64,000 nucleotides of DNA from Pseudogymnoascus verrucosus (lineage: Eukaryota): assembly GCA_001662655.1 (NCBI GenBank), contig KV460208.1. One strand, 5' to 3'. A program made the position numbers and the translations under genes. Positions 60,998 through 64,000 of this stretch are shown here, piece by piece (positions within the stretch are counted from its first letter, which is position 1; the number at the start of each line of letters is the position of its first letter). The notes beneath the pieces were generated by a model. That model was not told the DNA's origin. It made no database searches and saw nothing but the letters and a program-made list of their open reading frames with translations.

Positions 60998-62204
60998 ATG
61001 TCGGCCGAAAAGCGCCCAGCAGAGGATTTCGGGTCCAACCAACTCGTGGTGAAGAGGACTAATAGGCGGGACTCGACACAACTCGCAATCAAGAACAACG
61101 CTGGCAATGGCGCGCTCATCCAAGCACAACCACGTACGAGCGGGCTACAAGCTCCCGTGATGGAGCTGACGGGGCATTCTGGGGAAGTGTTCGCGGCCAA
61201 GTTCAACCCTGAGGGCAATTACATAGCATCTGGGTCCATGGACCGGTCAATAAGTACGTATACAACCCCAAACTTCATGCGCATCTAGCTGACGACACAC
61301 AAAGTGTTATGGCGAACCTACGGAGACTGCGAAAACTACGGTATACTTAACGGACACAAGGGCGCTGTCCTAGACTTGCATTGGTCGCGCGACTCGCGGG
61401 TGCTGTTCTCTGCGTCGGCAGATATGCACCTGGCCTCGTGGGACCTTGAAACGGGGATGAGGATACGAAGACACGTAGGACACGAGGAGATTATCAATTG
61501 CATGGATGTGAGCCGGCGCGGCGAGGAGCTCCTCATCAGTGGTAGCGACGACGGGTGTATTGGGATCTGGGATCCGCGTACGAAGTCCGCCGTCGACTTC
61601 ATCGAGACGGACTTCCCCATCACGGCTGTGGCGCTGTCGGAGGCGGGCAACGAGCTGTACAGCGGCGGCATCGATAACGATATCAAGGTGTGGGATACGA
61701 GGAAGAAGGCGGTGGTGTACTCGATGCTGGGGCATAATGATACTATTACGTCGCTGCGAGTGAGCCCGGATTCGCAGACGCTGCTGTCGAATTCTATGGA
61801 CTCCACGGTCAGGACCTGGGATATTCGCCCGTTTGCGCCAGCGGATAGGAACGTCAAGACGTTTGATGGCGCGAATGTAGGAATTGAGAAGAACCTCATA
61901 CGGGCGAGCTGGGACAAGGATGGCAAGAAGATTGCGGCTGGCGCGGGCGACGGCACAGCTGTGGTCTGGTCGAATGATACTGGGAAGCTGCTGTATAAGT
62001 TGCCAGGCCACAAGGGAACGGTGAATTGCGTAGAGTTCTCTCCGGGACCTGAACCAATCAGTAAGTTTACCCTCCTCCAAACATGTGAATAGACAGGGAC
62101 AAGCCCGTCGTGCCCTTGTTTCTACAAACATTTGCTGACTGACTCGTTCTGTAGTTCTCACGGGTTCATCTGATCGCAACCTCCTCCTCGGCGAACTGAA
62201 GTGA
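60998..62204 (+). CDS. SNRNP40: U5 snRNP 40-kDa WD40 protein (Spf38/Cwf17 family); 3 exons
   Basis: RTSGLQAPVMELTGHSGEVF, LWRTYGDCENYG, WDIRPFAP, EKNLIRASW, LYKLPGHKGTVN, SDRNLLLGEL. Confidence 0.93.
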
Positions 62205-63689
62205 TAACCGGTTGACGCGACGACGTATAATGGATGAGAAGGAGCCCACGCTCCAAGGTGCAAGGGTTGCAACGCGGGGAATTACAGATCCCAGAAGATT
62301 ACGAATAGTTGTGTACGATGATAAGAGTAATCTGCTCGCCGGGAGCTTCGATATCTTGTACTGTATATTGGCAAGCATATATCGAGCCCGTGAGGACATG
62401 TGGGAGCGTCACGGTTACATACCGAGGCTATAGATCAGGGGAGTGATATGGAATCACCTTACCCTCGATTACCTGGGTACATTGTAACTGGGGAATTGTC
62501 CAGACCTAGATGCGGCCTTTCCATCTTACATACCACAGGGAAGTTCAAGACGGAGGAGAGTCTCTTTCTGGACAGCGCAAATTTTATGATGCCGTAGCGC
62601 GGGAAAATGAGAAGAGGCGGCACAAAAGTGACTTGCTTACGACACATAATACACATTACCATCCCTGAAGATAACAAGAGTATTATACACGAATTGGCAA
62701 TCCCAATCTCTGGCAATAAACTTTTTGATTTATTCTGACATATACCGCGCATGTGAAATCACAAATATATTGTTCCCCCCTGTTCCTCGTATCAAACCAT
62801 CCCCGACAACCAAACGCGCGCGAACCCCTACACGGGTTTTGAAGCGAGCATGCTGAAACAACCACAACCCGCCTCCATCACCACAACTGGCTCCCCCGTA
62901 ATCAACCCCCAAACACCCGCAGTCCCAGCCTGCCCTACGTGTCGCAAAGCAATGGCCGATCCAGACGCTTTGCCCACAGAATATGATGTTTGGACCTATG
63001 TGCAATCCGTGCTGCGCTGATCGAGGAGGCATGTCGACGGTTCCTGGAACCCTCTTTCCCCCCTCATGCCCATCCAGCCGCAGTTGGAGGGACCTGCTTT
63101 TACTTAGCCGGTTTGTTGACCTGGTATTTCCACACACTCTCCCTCTCCGTCTCCTGCCATCTTATGTCCATTGAGCTTGCTCTGCTTTCCTAGTTGTTGT
63201 TTCGTGTTGGGAGGTGTTCGTCGTTCTGTTGGCGGTTGATTCACTCGCTCCCTCTCCATCCTCCCTTCAGTCTGTCTTTTTCTTTTTTTGTTCGTGTCGC
63301 TGCCCACTCCTGCGTGTTGATCACTGCGACAAAGTGCGTCTGTTGAGCTGGGACTAGCGATCTGGGGAAGTACGAACAGAGTCGGACAGGATTCCGCTCA
63401 CCATCCACTCGTTATCCTGGCCTGGTTGCCAGTCGACCGACCTTTCCGCGAAGCACTGGACGAGTCGACCTCGTACAACCAAACGACGCGCAGGCCGATT
63501 TGCTGACAGGCTGGATCCTTATGAGATAAACACGCTACTTGACAAAAGCGGACGCGGTTGTGGCCTCGCAACACTACACTTATATCTCGACAAGTCCAAG
63601 CTCCTCAACCAAGCTCTCGAAATTATCCACCGAGGCCTTCGTCAAGCTCCGTGCTCAGTCCCTCCGGCCCATCACCTAACATAATCACA

Positions 63690-64000
63690 ATGTCTGCTCC
63701 TGATAACTCAAACCGCCGAGAACCCCGCCGTGGTTCTCGCCGGCCAACACACATCACGACACTCCGCCAGGGCATCCATCAACTCTTCAATGGTCAATCC
63801 GAGGTCGGGGCCACACGAGCGCCTCGTCCGCGCCCTCGCCCGCGAGTGCCCGAAAGCCCCAAAACCCCCCGTCTAATGCTCGACACCTTCTCCCCGTCCC
63901 AATTTGATCTCCCCCATATTCGCAGCAATTCGACAACATCCCCATCGAGGTCGCCCACATACGTCTCCCCCACAATAGCGTCTATCTCGTCTTCGCCCGT
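63690..64000 (+). CDS. Partial hypothetical protein (5' end, runs off the window)
   Basis: ATG in good context (CACAATG), frame open to the window end: MSAPDNSNRREPRR...LFNGQSEVG...PESPKTPRL. Confidence 0.6.
   Translation, partial: MSAPDNSNRREPRRGSRRPTHITTLRQGIHQLFNGQSEVGATRAPRPRPRPRVPESPKTPRLMLDTFSPSQFDLPHIRSNSTTSPSRSPTYVSPTIASISSSP

Noticed and set aside
61336..62272. Long antisense ORFs (225 and 300 aa) over SNRNP40, and similar ones over VPS3 and HRD1
   Set aside because: Shadow ORFs of GC-rich coding strands.

Overview
This is eukaryotic DNA from a filamentous ascomycete: GT-AG introns with CTRAC branch points and Pezizomycotina-type proteins. A Leotiomycete such as Pseudogymnoascus is my guess from style only. 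Left arm: a FucP-like MFS sugar transporter, a Zn-dependent alcohol dehydrogenase, an uncharacterised secreted six-hairpin glycosidase and small gene relics. Core block: a C2H2 transcription factor behind a ~9.4 kb microsatellite-rich gene desert, then Vps3/TGFBRAP1 and COY1 (divergent pair), glycogenin, HRD1, a CDF transporter, a DUF3455 protein and dynactin p62. An accessory island follows (SGNH esterase, NADP-ADH stub, broken glutamyl-tRNA synthetase copy, CE1-CBM1 acetylxylan esterase), then BET3, the U5-40K WD protein and a partial ORF. Most notable observations: (1) a GluRS paralog disabled by a 74-bp in-place inversion; (2) a 411-nt stop-free in-frame intron in the transcription factor; (3) five degenerate GAGAACGACRGC motif blocks spaced ~0.5-0.75 kb apart at 33.5-36.3 kb, separated by unrelated, partly transposon-like spacers; (4) a perfect 30-bp fold-back upstream of ADH; (5) matching repeat clusters flanking the acetylxylan esterase. 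I found no rRNA, tRNA or CRISPR array. Family assignments come from motif recognition, not database searches, and exon boundaries were read by eye.
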